Of a DNA stretch of 64,000 bases, positions 18,567 through 27,863 are shown piece after piece (position 1 is the first letter of the stretch; each line of letters starts with the position of its first letter). The notes beneath the pieces are model-generated. The model made no database searches. It had not been told where the DNA came from and worked only from the letters and a program-made list of their open reading frames with translations. The stretch spans positions 610-64,609 of the forward strand of contig JAWCJE010000008.1 of the NCBI GenBank assembly GCA_038853715.1. The letters run 5' to 3'. A program made the position numbers and the translations under genes. Origin of the DNA: Candidatus Nezhaarchaeales archaeon (GTDB lineage Archaea > Thermoproteota > Methanomethylicia > Nezhaarchaeales > JAWCJE01).

Positions 18567-20005
18567 GGACGATAATTGAAGAAGGCTTCCAATTAAGCCC
18601 TGAAGCTTTTGATGCCTTACGGAAAAGCCGCGACCCCTACGAAGTCGTTACGAAAGTTTTAGGAAGGTTAAAGTATGAAAAGAAGAAGCCAATAGTGATT
18701 GGCTTAGAGCATTTAAAACCCTTCCTAGGACTTGAGGCTCCGCCAGCTAAGAAGGTTGAAGCCGTAACGACCCCCATGGAGAGAGCTATCGAAGTACTAA
18801 AGGAGCCATGGCTAAGGGGTATTAGGGGAGAAACCGTAGAGGACTACATAAACTTCTTTAATAGCAAGTTTAGGCGTATGCGCCTCCTTTTTAGGGAGCG
18901 TCCCGACACTATCGGTTCTTTAACCATTAAGGAAGCTAAGAGGAGAGAAGGTGAGAAGGTTAAAGTTATAGCTATGGTTGGAGGGAAGCGTGAAGCAAAA
19001 ACAGGCTTGCCAATACTACTCCTTGAAGACCTTGAAGATCAAATAACAGCTGTAATACCTAAGGATAGTAACGCCATTACCAAGTCGGCTAAAATACTGC
19101 TTGATGAAGTTATCTGCGTAGAGGGCATGGTAAGAGGGGGTATGTTAATAGTTACTGACATAGTATGGGTTGACGTATCACCCAAGGCGCGTAAAACCAA
19201 GAGCGGTGAAATTACCTATGCCGTCCTCGTATCAGATTTACACATTGGAAACGCGCTGTTCGCTCAGGAAGCCTTTGAAAACTTCCTAGCCTGGATGAAT
19301 GGGGAAAGCGGTGACGTAAACAGTGATAAGCTAGCGGAGAAGGTAAAGTACCTACTTATAGCTGGAGATCTAGTTGACGGAGTAGGCGTATACCCAGGGC
19401 AAGAGGAGGAGTTAGCAATAAAGGATGTAGAAGAACAGTATCGTTTACTCGCTAAAATGCTTCAGAAGGTTCCAAGCAGTGTATCCATCATCATCGTACC
19501 GGGCGACCATGACGCTTCCCGGTCGGCGCTACCTAGACCTCCAATTTACGAGGAAATAGCAAAACCACTTTACAATCTAAGTAACGTTAGGATGCTTGGT
19601 GACCCCGTATACCTAAGGATACAAGGCGTTGAAGTCCTCCTTACCCATGGTGAAACCATGGACGACATAATAGCGTCAATACCGGGTATGAGCTACAGTA
19701 AACCAGAAGAGGCACTAGTGGAACTTCTACGTAAAAGGCATCTAGCTCCAACCTTTGGACGTAAGGTGTTGGTGGCCCCCAGCATTAGCGATCCGTTAAT
19801 CTTGGAGAAAGTACCGGACCTGATTTGCGCTGGACATGCCCACGTGGCCAGTTACACCGAGTATAAAGGTGTAGTAGTACTTGTTACCGGGTGCTGGATT
19901 CATCAAACCGAGCTTCAAAAAAAGCAGGGCATTAAACCAGCAGTGGGGGTAGCGCTACTCATCGATCTGCAAAGTCTTAAAATCACGAAGCTTAGCTTCA
20001 CTTAA
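18530..20005 (+). CDS. polB: DNA polymerase II (PolD) small subunit DP1
   Basis: The central part is an OB-fold region. Calcineurin/Mre11-type phosphoesterase motifs are present: VSDLHIG, IAGDLVDG, VPGDHD, LTHGE and GHAHV. The start is uncertain (GTG at 18530 or later). Confidence 0.9.
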   Translation: MEKSANRVEKALRTIIEEGFQLSPEAFDALRKSRDPYEVVTKVLGRLKYEKKKPIVIGLEHLKPFLGLEAPPAKKVEAVTTPMERAIEVLKEPWLRGIRGETVEDYINFFNSKFRRMRLLFRERPDTIGSLTIKEAKRREGEKVKVIAMVGGKREAKTGLPILLLEDLEDQITAVIPKDSNAITKSAKILLDEVICVEGMVRGGMLIVTDIVWVDVSPKARKTKSGEITYAVLVSDLHIGNALFAQEAFENFLAWMNGESGDVNSDKLAEKVKYLLIAGDLVDGVGVYPGQEEELAIKDVEEQYRLLAKMLQKVPSSVSIIIVPGDHDASRSALPRPPIYEEIAKPLYNLSNVRMLGDPVYLRIQGVEVLLTHGETMDDIIASIPGMSYSKPEEALVELLRKRHLAPTFGRKVLVAPSISDPLILEKVPDLICAGHAHVASYTEYKGVVVLVTGCWIHQTELQKKQGIKPAVGVALLIDLQSLKITKLSFT

Positions 20006-20584
20006 AAATAAGGAGCTTAAACCTTTAGCGACTAGGTTAGCCGCTCTAATGGGTTCTGGAAGCCTACCCCAAATCGTTACGCTCCTAATTATTGAGGATG
20101 CCTCCTCTGCGCTAATGCCGACAACTTCCACGTAGATGGGTCTCTCCTTAGGGTTTGATACGACCTCGTAAATCTTTGAGGTGCGGCTTAACTTCTCAAA
20201 AACACTCCATCGCGCCGTCCAATCATTAAAATGTTTAACAAGCGCTCTGTAAACCTCCTCATTATTAGGTTTATCCTTAGAGATCACAATAATCGGCACT
20301 TTAAGCTCTTCATGGATGGCCACGGGATCTATTAGGTTAAAACCGGCAAAGGAGACGCCTCCAAGCATTATCATGTCGATCTTCGACTTAATAGGCGCCA
20401 CCATTTCCAACAGCTTTAAGGTAGCATCCAAACCATCCACTTGTATAAGTGTTAAGCGTAGGTCCTTAATTTTAAACTTCTTTAAAAGAACTCCAGCCAG
20501 TAGAGCGTAAGTAATACCTTTAGGCGGTATTCGACCATCCTCAACCCCTAGGATCGCTGGGGCTTTAACCTTATTTACGCTCAC
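19955..20584 (-). CDS. DUF99/UPF0215-family protein
   Basis: It contains ILGVEDG, MLGGVSFAGFNLIDP and VPIIVI. It overlaps cdc6 by 4 nt at its start and converges into the polB 3' end by 51 nt. Confidence 0.55.
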   Translation of the reverse strand: MSVNKVKAPAILGVEDGRIPPKGITYALLAGVLLKKFKIKDLRLTLIQVDGLDATLKLLEMVAPIKSKIDMIMLGGVSFAGFNLIDPVAIHEELKVPIIVISKDKPNNEEVYRALVKHFNDWTARWSVFEKLSRTSKIYEVVSNPKERPIYVEVVGISAEEASSIIRSVTIWGRLPEPIRAANLVAKGLSSLFLSEAKLRDFKTLQIDE

Positions 20585-21813
20585 CTCGCGGCCCTCCCTA
20601 CGTCGCCGAGAAAGCTGGTGAGCCGTTCATCCTCCTTTAAACCCTCAAAAATAGCGCCCTCTGGTACGCTTAGCTTAATAAGTTTCGTTACACCATAACG
20701 TCCTCTATTCACAACTTTAGCCGTAGCTAAACCTATCATATCCAACTCGTTTATTAAATCGCTAATCCTCCTATGGGTTAGGGGCTCTATACCAAGCTTT
20801 CTGCAAAGGCCTTTGTAAATACTGTAAACCTCGCCCGTAGTTGGTTCAACCTTTGCCTTCTCAAGAAGATAAGTTGATATTAGTGTTAGCTTACCATGTA
20901 ATGGCATAGTCCTTAGCACTTCAATAACTCGGTCACGCTCTATCTCCACCTGAGCTCTGCGTACATGTGTTTCAAGAACCTTTAAAGAGCCCTCACGCTC
21001 AGCTATCTCGCCAGCAACCCTTAGTAGATCGAGAGCTCTACGTGCATCACCATGCTCCCTGGCCGCTAAGGTTGCACAAAGGGGGATGACCTCGTCACTT
21101 AAAACTCCATCCTTAAATGCTATACGGGCTCGCTGCCTTAATATGTCTTCTAACTCCTCGCTCGTGTACGGCGTAAAGACCATCTCTTCTTCAGCTAGCG
21201 TAGATTTAACCCTAGGGTCGAGGCTCTCGGTGAACTTAAGGTCGTTAGTGATGCCGACTATAGCCACCTGCGATCTCTTAAGATCGGGGTTTATTCTAGT
21301 TAATTTGTACAACAAGTCATCACCGCTTTGCTTTACAAGCGCGTCGACCTCATCTAGGACCACAAACATTAAGCTAGGCGTCCTTTCAAGGGCCCTCATA
21401 AACCTTCTAAAAAGCTCGGGGATACTTAACCCCGTAAAGGGTACGTACTCGTTTAAAGACTCACATAAGCTTACGAGTACGCTGTAGTTGGTATTATTAA
21501 CCTTACAGTTTACATAGCTATCCATAAGCTTAAACTCCAGCTGTAACCGTCCGGCCATGTCCTTAATCATTTTAAGGACATACCTAGTGACGGCTGTTTT
21601 ACCCGTCCCAGTTAAACCATAAATGAATATGTTTGAAGGTCGTTCACCCTTTACAGCTGGAGCTAGCTTCTCAGCTAGCTTCTCTACCTCCTTCTCGCGA
21701 TGAGGTAACTCGTCTGGTACATAATCTGGTCTAAGCTTTTCACGATCCTTAAAGATATTTGATACGAGTACACGTTTAAGTATGTCCTCTATACGTTTTG
21801 ACACTACGTACAC
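20581..21813 (-). CDS. cdc6: Orc1/Cdc6 replication initiator
   Basis: It has Walker A GLTGTGKTA and Walker B VLDEVD. GDARRALDLLR precedes the winged-helix C-terminus. Length is 410 aa. Confidence 0.95.
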   Translation of the reverse strand: MYVVSKRIEDILKRVLVSNIFKDREKLRPDYVPDELPHREKEVEKLAEKLAPAVKGERPSNIFIYGLTGTGKTAVTRYVLKMIKDMAGRLQLEFKLMDSYVNCKVNNTNYSVLVSLCESLNEYVPFTGLSIPELFRRFMRALERTPSLMFVVLDEVDALVKQSGDDLLYKLTRINPDLKRSQVAIVGITNDLKFTESLDPRVKSTLAEEEMVFTPYTSEELEDILRQRARIAFKDGVLSDEVIPLCATLAAREHGDARRALDLLRVAGEIAEREGSLKVLETHVRRAQVEIERDRVIEVLRTMPLHGKLTLISTYLLEKAKVEPTTGEVYSIYKGLCRKLGIEPLTHRRISDLINELDMIGLATAKVVNRGRYGVTKLIKLSVPEGAIFEGLKEDERLTSFLGDVGRAAR

Positions 21814-21860
21814 CGATACAAAAGTTTAAAATAAATAGGCAATTCCAGCTTATAAGTGAT

Positions 21861-21988
21861 CTACACTAAGAATAATCTCTTGTTTTCAGTATCGCCCTTA
21901 CTAATAATCAACTTGTAATCGCGCTCTTTGAGGGCTATCATCACGTCGATACTCATTTGAAAAGTAAGAGACCAGACACGCCCCTAAG
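21861..21988 (-). pseudogene. Decayed fragment of a PhoU-domain gene, paralogous to 16661-17671
   Basis: The nucleotide stretch gtaatcgcgctctttgagggctatcatcacgtcgatactcatttgaaaagtaagaga aligns with 17181-17245 inside the PhoU-like gene. The fragment translates as FQMSIDVMIALKERDYKLIISKGDTENKRLFLV, against FQMHTDAITALKEHDYELAGSVINRDSDLNKIYFLIV in the intact gene. It is bounded by stop codons and carries a 2-nt indel. Confidence 0.5.
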
Positions 21989-22110
21989 ATTTAAGTTTCC
22001 CTCCGAAAACTTCCTAATGACTAGTTAATTGCTCAGCGTGATACGTCGAAGCCCTAGAGATAGCTTAAGAGTTGTCAGACTAGTTCCAAGGTTTCACCCG
22101 AAAAATTAGG

Positions 22111-22202
22111 TGGACCGGGCGGGATTTGAACCCGCGACCTCCCGCACTCTGGGTCTTATAATCCTGCCAAGCGGGCATTCCACCAGGCTGAACTACCGGC
22201 CC
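22111..22202 (-). tRNA. tRNA-Ala(GGC) with a canonical 18-nt intron
   Basis: On the minus strand the acceptor GGGCCGG/CCGGTCC carries the G3:U70 Ala identity pair. The stem CCCGC/GCGGG encloses TTGGCA + GGATTATAAGACCCAGAG + T. The T-arm is GCGGG-TTCAAAT-CCCGC. Confidence 0.85.
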
Positions 22203-22455
22203 ACCTCATATAGGATAAAGGTAAGAGTGATATAAAGTTAATTAAGCATTAAACCCTAGAGTCGGAAACCTTTAAAGAGGTTTGTGCTTAACAATAGAAC
22301 CTTACGATCCTAAATCTCCTTAAAACCGCTACAGATGGTTTTTACCTTAACTTCGTCCTTATCGGTTTACGTTGAACACGCAAGGTCCTCTCCCTGCTTC
22401 TTTAACATTTTCATGTACGCCTACTCATGGTCGGATGGAAGGGTATCGCGTGGTG

Positions 22456-22647
22456 CTATCTTAAACGTTTTAGCCTAGTCAGCTTTTTAGTCTGCCAAGC
22501 ATATCTTCTCAGCTTACTAGATTTTCCAAAACCACAAGCCGCACAATACCGCTTAGTAGCATGGAAGGACCTACGTCCACACCTTCTACACTTGATATGG
22601 GTTTTGCTTTTACCTCGTTTACCGAAGGACGTAGTACCCTTAACCAA
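22456..22647 (-). CDS. rpl37e: 50S ribosomal protein L37e
   Basis: The sequence is [37 protein letters not shown], with a C4 zinc ribbon. Confidence 0.9.
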   Translation of the reverse strand: MVKGTTSFGKRGKSKTHIKCRRCGRRSFHATKRYCAACGFGKSSKLRRYAWQTKKLTRLKRLR

Positions 22648-22665
22648 GCACCTTCACCTTCATAG

Positions 22666-22893
22666 TTACTTAGGTACCGGGCTGACTATGATGACGTTAT
22701 CACCGCGTATTAGTACTAATCCTAGTTTTTTAGCTTCACCGCTATCATGTAACTCTTCAGCATCTTCCAAAACTATGTTTAAGTGTTGATCAAAGCTTTT
22801 TAGTTTACCTCTTAAAGCCCTACCACCTTTAAGCTTTATGAGGATCATGTTACCTAGAAAGTTTACTAGTAGATTTATTGCTTGCTGCTCCAT
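22666..22893 (-). CDS. Sm-like archaeal protein (SmAP/LSm)
   Basis: Sm1 reads ILIKLKGGRALRGKLKSFDQHLNIVLEDAEE and Sm2 reads VLIRGDNVIIV. It is in an operon with L37e as in most archaea. Confidence 0.85.
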   Translation of the reverse strand: MEQQAINLLVNFLGNMILIKLKGGRALRGKLKSFDQHLNIVLEDAEELHDSGEAKKLGLVLIRGDNVIIVSPVPK

Positions 22894-22961
22894 ACTTAAC
22901 GCACCATCGCTTAGGTAGGGGCGCTTCTAACTTGAAAGCGTAATATTTAAACTTATAGATA

Positions 22962-23480
22962 GTGGACACCATATTTAAGGCTATGCCGGCAACCATGCAT
23001 TTTTTAAGTAAGAAGGATACTAAGGATCTTTTAGGTATGGTGTTAAAGCAATATCCGAATATGGCTAACCTTCTTAAGCAGAAGGAAAAGTGGATGCTGA
23101 TTAGGTTTGAGGGGGGCGTTGCTTATGCTACTGGGGGGAAGGCCCTCTTCTTAGAGATTGACGGTAATTTAATACCGACCTTTTATGCTCTAAAAAGTTA
23201 TGACTTTAAGCTACCTAAGGTCATAGTTGATGAAGGTGCCGTGCCACATATTCTTAACGGCGCTGATGTGTTACGTCCTGGAATAAGGGAGGTACAAGGT
23301 AGTTTTGAGGCTAACGAAGTGGTTGTTGTAGTTGAGGAGAAACATGGAGTGCCTATAGCAGTAGGTAACGCTTTAATTCCTTGGAGTGCTGCGGTGAACG
23401 CTAAACGCGGCAAGGTTGTTAAAGTCCTACATTATGTTGGTGATCCAGTCTGGAAGGCGTTAAATGCAAGTAAGCTTTGA
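22962..23480 (+). CDS. PUA-domain RNA-binding protein (MCT-1/Tma20-like)
   Basis: The C-terminal PUA signature is VIVDEGAVPHILNGADVLRPGI...VVVVVEEKHGVPIAVGNAL. Confidence 0.7.
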   Translation: MDTIFKAMPATMHFLSKKDTKDLLGMVLKQYPNMANLLKQKEKWMLIRFEGGVAYATGGKALFLEIDGNLIPTFYALKSYDFKLPKVIVDEGAVPHILNGADVLRPGIREVQGSFEANEVVVVVEEKHGVPIAVGNALIPWSAAVNAKRGKVVKVLHYVGDPVWKALNASKL

Positions 23481-23499
23481 ACCATTCAGTTTAATACCG

Positions 23500-25413
23500 C
23501 TAAACGAGTCTTATGCTTTCCAAGGTACTAGGTACGGCTACAGGTATTCTGAAATACTTATTAATCGTAAATGCTAGGTTTTGACTTTTCGAAGGCTCCC
23601 CATGACAGATAATGACCCTTTTAGGTTTAGGTGTAACCCTTTCAATGAACCTTAATAGCTGGCGGCGATCACTATGACCTGAGAAGCCTTCTATGGATTT
23701 AACCTCAAGGTTCACCTTTACCAGCTCTTCCTTACCGTTGGGACCTGGTATAGAGACCTCCTTTACTCCACGTTGGACGCGACGTCCAAGCGTATTTTCA
23801 ACCTGGTAACTTACGAATATTAAGCAGTTTTTCTCATTCTCAGCGAGAAGTTTAAAGTACTCTATGGCCGGTCCTGCGTTAAGCATACCTGACGTAGCCA
23901 AGATAACACAGGGCTCCCCCTCCACTATTTCAGGTCTAGCCGACCTACCCTTAACGGTAATGAAATTCTCAGAGAGGAAGGGGTTTTGATCTTCATAGAA
24001 TATCTTATTCTTAAGCTCCCTGCATAAATCTTCCGGGTAGGCTGTATGTATAGCGGTTGCTTCCTGTATCATCCCCTCCACATAAACCGGTACTGATGGT
24101 ATTAGCTTCTGATCTATCGCTTCAGCCAATACCAGCATTATTTCTTGAGCCCTACCAACTGATAGTACGGGTATTAACACTTTACCGCCACGCTGAAGGG
24201 TTGTGTTAACAGTGTTTATGAGGTTTTGCTCGGTTTCCTCCCTTGAAGGCATAACGTCTGACGGGGCTCCATAGGTACTCTCCATTATCAACGTTTCAAG
24301 CCTAGGAAACACGTAGGATGAAGCCTCAAGCAGCTTGGTCTTAGCGAACTTGAAATCGCCGGTGTACACAATGTTATGTAATCCCTCACCTATATGTAAA
24401 TGCACCATAGTCGAGCCCAGTATATGCCCCGCATTATGTAACGTCAACTTAACGTTAGGAGCGATATCGGTTACCTCACCGTAGTTTAGCGGGATCGTGT
24501 GAAGAAGCATGGTTTTAACGTCGTTCAAATCGTAGGGAGCCTCCCTTCCCTCTCTAGCGGCTACGTCCATGTAGTCCAGAAGAAGGAGCGCCATAAGCAT
24601 CCTTGTGGGTTTACTACAGTATACCGGGCCACGGTATCCGTACTTAAACAGGAAGGGGACCGCGCCGCAGTGATCTAGGTGTGCATGAGTAACGACCACG
24701 GCATCCAGTTCGTTGATATTAAATTCAGGGGTATCAAGCTCAGGTAGCTCGGAGCTTAAATTCATGGATCCAAGCTTAACCCCGCAGTCTAAAAGTATTC
24801 TACTACCATCGGCTTCAACCATTATAGCGGATCTTCCTACTTCGAGAAAACCGCCTAAGCTAATAACTCTAACCCTATTCGTCCTTAACAGCTGGGGACG
24901 ATTAATACGGCGCCCCACCTCCTTTAAGACCTTGTACCGGTAATCGCTATTCCTATAGATGAAGCTTGATACTTGTGTCACTATCCTCGATTGAACCGGG
25001 GGCGTTCTAACAACCGATGGACGCCATAAGGTTTCAGCCAGTATACGTCTAAGCAGGGCGCCATCCTTGCCAACTACTAAGCCTGGCTTTTTAACCTCTA
25101 TTATGACCTCGCCCAGAGCTTTATCAAATACTACGTTAATTAACCCAGCGTCGCGAGGTATCAACTGACTAATAATCTTCTTAGCTTCATCCTCGGGCTT
25201 TCTAATCTCTGGGTCAGACTTAAGAACTATCCGCTTCCGGATGAGGCGCGCTATACTCCTTACCAAGTCACCGTTATCCGTTATCACCGAGGAGTTTTGA
25301 ACATAAATTGCTATCTCAGGGCCTTCAAACTCTATCTTGCTTACCTTAGCATCCTTAGATATACATGAAAGTATTCCATCCCTAATTGCAGCTATCGGAT
25401 CCTGCAGGTTCAT
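23500..25413 (-). CDS. aCPSF1/FttA: KH-domain beta-CASP metallo-beta-lactamase ribonuclease (archaeal transcription termination factor)
   Basis: It has N-terminal tandem KH-like domains, HAHLDHCG and beta-CASP motifs. It is 637 aa and adjacent to psmB, a conserved archaeal pairing. Confidence 0.9.
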   Translation of the reverse strand: MNLQDPIAAIRDGILSCISKDAKVSKIEFEGPEIAIYVQNSSVITDNGDLVRSIARLIRKRIVLKSDPEIRKPEDEAKKIISQLIPRDAGLINVVFDKALGEVIIEVKKPGLVVGKDGALLRRILAETLWRPSVVRTPPVQSRIVTQVSSFIYRNSDYRYKVLKEVGRRINRPQLLRTNRVRVISLGGFLEVGRSAIMVEADGSRILLDCGVKLGSMNLSSELPELDTPEFNINELDAVVVTHAHLDHCGAVPFLFKYGYRGPVYCSKPTRMLMALLLLDYMDVAAREGREAPYDLNDVKTMLLHTIPLNYGEVTDIAPNVKLTLHNAGHILGSTMVHLHIGEGLHNIVYTGDFKFAKTKLLEASSYVFPRLETLIMESTYGAPSDVMPSREETEQNLINTVNTTLQRGGKVLIPVLSVGRAQEIMLVLAEAIDQKLIPSVPVYVEGMIQEATAIHTAYPEDLCRELKNKIFYEDQNPFLSENFITVKGRSARPEIVEGEPCVILATSGMLNAGPAIEYFKLLAENEKNCLIFVSYQVENTLGRRVQRGVKEVSIPGPNGKEELVKVNLEVKSIEGFSGHSDRRQLLRFIERVTPKPKRVIICHGEPSKSQNLAFTINKYFRIPVAVPSTLESIRLV

Positions 25414-25451
25414 GGTTTTGCCTACATTAAACTTTTAAGATTAAAGGGACA

Positions 25452-26084
25452 TTAGCCTTCCTTATATTCCTCGGACGGAACCTCCCGAATCCCTAGGCTC
25501 GTTATTAAAGCTATATCGAATCCTTCACCGCTTCCAGGATCCCACTTCATGGACGAATTAACCGCGCGTACAACTATTGGTAGTGCCTCCTTAATAGTGA
25601 TGCCATCGTAGTAATGTGCCTCTAACACGCCCAATGCCATGGGCGAGCCCGAACCTGTAGCTATATACCTTTCCTCGGTTAAAGTGCCGAAGGGATCTAG
25701 GTTAAACATCCTTGGACCCGTATAATCCACTCCGGCCACTATAGCTTGCATTATGTATGGGGCGAAGCGGGAACTGAAAAGTATGTTTGAGGTTATGGTT
25801 GCTACAGCTTTAACCGGCATGGGCCTTGAGTTAGTAAGCTTATACAGGTTAGCAGCCGTCTTTACCTGCTCCATAAGCATTTGGGCATCCGCTACTACTC
25901 CAGCTATGGTTGCCGCTACGTGATCATCAATCCTAATTATCTTCCTCCCGCGCTTATTAGATATGTAGAAACCCGAAGTAACGCGTCGATCGGTAGCAAG
26001 TATAACGCCGTCTGCGCAACGTACGCCGATGGTCGTCGTCCCCTTTAACACCTTAGTATTTAAAGGTGGTAAAGAGGTCATCAT
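25452..26084 (-). CDS. psmB: Proteasome subunit beta (copy 1)
   Basis: A propeptide is followed by GTTTIGVRCADGVILATDRR, with Thr1 at the mature N-terminus. Confidence 0.9.
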   Translation of the reverse strand: MMTSLPPLNTKVLKGTTTIGVRCADGVILATDRRVTSGFYISNKRGRKIIRIDDHVAATIAGVVADAQMLMEQVKTAANLYKLTNSRPMPVKAVATITSNILFSSRFAPYIMQAIVAGVDYTGPRMFNLDPFGTLTEERYIATGSGSPMALGVLEAHYYDGITIKEALPIVVRAVNSSMKWDPGSGEGFDIALITSLGIREVPSEEYKEG

Positions 26085-26314
26085 AAGAGTTTCCTCATAA
26101 CAGGAGGGCTGCTTAATCCTAGCGTTAAAGCCTTTTAAAAGGCGCTTTTCAGCGCCATCCTCTCTCTACCTCCCATAAATATAAACATTTCCTAGCAGTA
26201 ATCCTATTAGCACTAATAGGTACTAGTTTAATCTTTAAATGTTAAAAGTGAACCGGCTTAAGTGGCTTAAAAATGTTTAAATAAAACGTTAGATTTACAG
26301 CTACGTAAAAAAGG

Positions 26315-26752
26315 ATGGCGACTCCTTTGCCGGGGCTTTTCGCGGCGCGAAACCTTAGAAAGAGATATAGAAAGTTTAGATGGCGCTTAAGAGGTTTTAA
26401 GCGTAGAATGTTAAGACTTGACGAGAAGGCTGACCCTCTTGAAGGTGCTCCGATGGCTAGAGGGCTTGTACTGGAAAAGGTGGGCGTTGAGAGTAGACAA
26501 CCTAATTCAGCGGTAAGGAAATGTGTTAGGATACAGCTAATAAAGAACGGGAAACAAGTTACAGCCTTTGTACCTGGCGATGGTGCTTTAAACTTCATAG
26601 ATGAACACGACGAAGTTATAGTTGAAAGGATAGGGGGTCCTCAAGGTAAGGCTTACGGCGACCTCCCCGGTGTTAGGTTTAAGGTAATTAAGGTTAATGG
26701 AGTTTCCCTTAAAGCTTTAATGCTGGGTAAAAAACAGAAACCCGTAAGGTAA
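26315..26752 (+). CDS. rps12: 30S ribosomal protein S12 (uS12)
   Basis: The sequence contains [50 protein letters not shown]. Confidence 0.95.
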   Translation: MATPLPGLFAARNLRKRYRKFRWRLRGFKRRMLRLDEKADPLEGAPMARGLVLEKVGVESRQPNSAVRKCVRIQLIKNGKQVTAFVPGDGALNFIDEHDEVIVERIGGPQGKAYGDLPGVRFKVIKVNGVSLKALMLGKKQKPVR

Positions 26753-26858
26753 AGTTGCAGCGATATTAGAAGTAAAAGTTAAACTTGATGTTTTAACCGC
26801 TTAATCGGTTAGCTTTAAAACTAGTATTTCCAATGGAGGCTAGTTGAAATAGTGGAGC

Positions 26859-26969
26859 TAAGTGAAGCGTTAAGCTAATTCAACCCTTGGTAAGGCTTAT
26901 TTACACCACCCAATAAATAAAGCGTAAAAAAGCTAACCTTTACTGAGTGGATGAGGAATGGCCAGCGCC
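26859..26969 (+). repeat. Copy 1 of the duplicated 5' region, containing a TATA-like box, leader, SD and the first 4 codons (upstream of rps7)
   Basis: The sequence taagtgaagcgttaagctaattcaacccttggtaaggcttatttacaccacccaataaataaagcgtaaaaaagctaacctttactgagtggatgaggaATGGCCAGCGCC recurs at 27732-27863. Confidence 0.9.
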
Positions 26970-27587
26970 GCCAAGGAGAAAAGCATGACCAAAAAGCCCT
27001 TAACAGCATCGGAAGTAGGCCCCGTTGATATAAAGCTTTGGGGTAAATGGTCAACTACTGATGTAGTAGTGAATGATCCTGGACTTAAACGTTATATATG
27101 TCTAAAACCGTGCTTCATACCGCATAGTGAGGGAAGGCATGAACGAAGAAGGTTCGGAAAGGCTGACGTGCCAATAGTGGAGCGATTAGCCAACCATTTA
27201 ATGAAAATTGGTAAGAACCAAGGTAAAAAGGTCATGGCCTTAAGTATAGTTAAACAGGCGTTCGAGATCATTCAGCTAAAGACCGGGCAAAACCCGCTTC
27301 AAGTCCTGGTTAAAGCTATTGAAAACTCGTCTCCAAGGGAGGAAACAACACGTATAGCTTACGGTGGCATAGTCTACCACCAATCAGTTGACGTAGCACC
27401 TCAACGAAGGGTAGACCTAGCGCTTCGATGGCTAACCGAGGGAGCCCGTATAGCCTCCTTCGGCAACCCTAAAAGCATAGAGGAAAGCTTAGCGGATGAA
27501 ATAATACTTGCAGCTAATAATGATCCTAAGAGCCACGCAATAGCCCGTAAAGAGGAAGTTGAAAGAATAGCTTTTGCAAGCAGATAA
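26958..27587 (+). CDS. rps7: 30S ribosomal protein S7 (uS7)
   Basis: It contains [32 protein letters not shown] and [27 protein letters not shown]. Confidence 0.9.
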   Translation: MASAAKEKSMTKKPLTASEVGPVDIKLWGKWSTTDVVVNDPGLKRYICLKPCFIPHSEGRHERRRFGKADVPIVERLANHLMKIGKNQGKKVMALSIVKQAFEIIQLKTGQNPLQVLVKAIENSSPREETTRIAYGGIVYHQSVDVAPQRRVDLALRWLTEGARIASFGNPKSIEESLADEIILAANNDPKSHAIARKEEVERIAFASR

Positions 27588-27731
27588 GAACAAATTATGA
27601 AAAGGCCTTCGTGCTTAAAGCGACTTTAATTATCTTCTCCATAAGCCTCATCAGCTAACAGGGTATTTAGTTGCATCCTTAAGAAGCCTCTACGGCCTCT
27701 TTTAATATAGTTAGTACCTTATTGTGCAACA

Positions 27732-27863
27732 TAAGCGAAGCGTTAAGCTAATTCAACCCTTGGTAAGGCTTATTTACACCACCCAATAAATAAAGCGTAA
27801 AAAAGTATAAATAAAGCGTAAAAAAGCTAACCTTTACTGAGTGGATGAGGAATGGCCAGCGCC
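27732..27863 (+). repeat. Copy 2 of the duplicated 5' region (upstream of tuf), with an internal 21-bp tandem duplication of the TATA-like segment
   Basis: It is identical to copy 1 apart from one substitution near the 5' edge. It also carries an extra tataaataaagcgtaaaaaag directly after aataaataaagcgtaaaaaag. Confidence 0.9.

Noticed and set aside
19955-20005. 51-nt convergent overlap between the polB and DUF99 3' ends, considered as a possible annotation problem or antisense regulation
   Set aside because: Both ORFs have family-like sequence up to near their ends, and convergent overlaps occur in compact archaeal genomes. Nothing further can be concluded from sequence alone.
22427-22789. 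120-aa plus-strand ORF
   Set aside because: It is antisense to both rpl37e and the Sm-like gene, which have clear family signatures.
26242-26598. 118-aa ORF on the minus strand
   Set aside because: It is fully antisense to the well-supported rps12 gene and has a low-complexity, hydrophobic composition. I treat it as a shadow ORF. The same reasoning applies to other antisense track ORFs, including 2292-2612, 3340-3921, 9233-9841, 10162-10521, 21086-21487, 28574-29182, 55877-56470 and 60696-61127.
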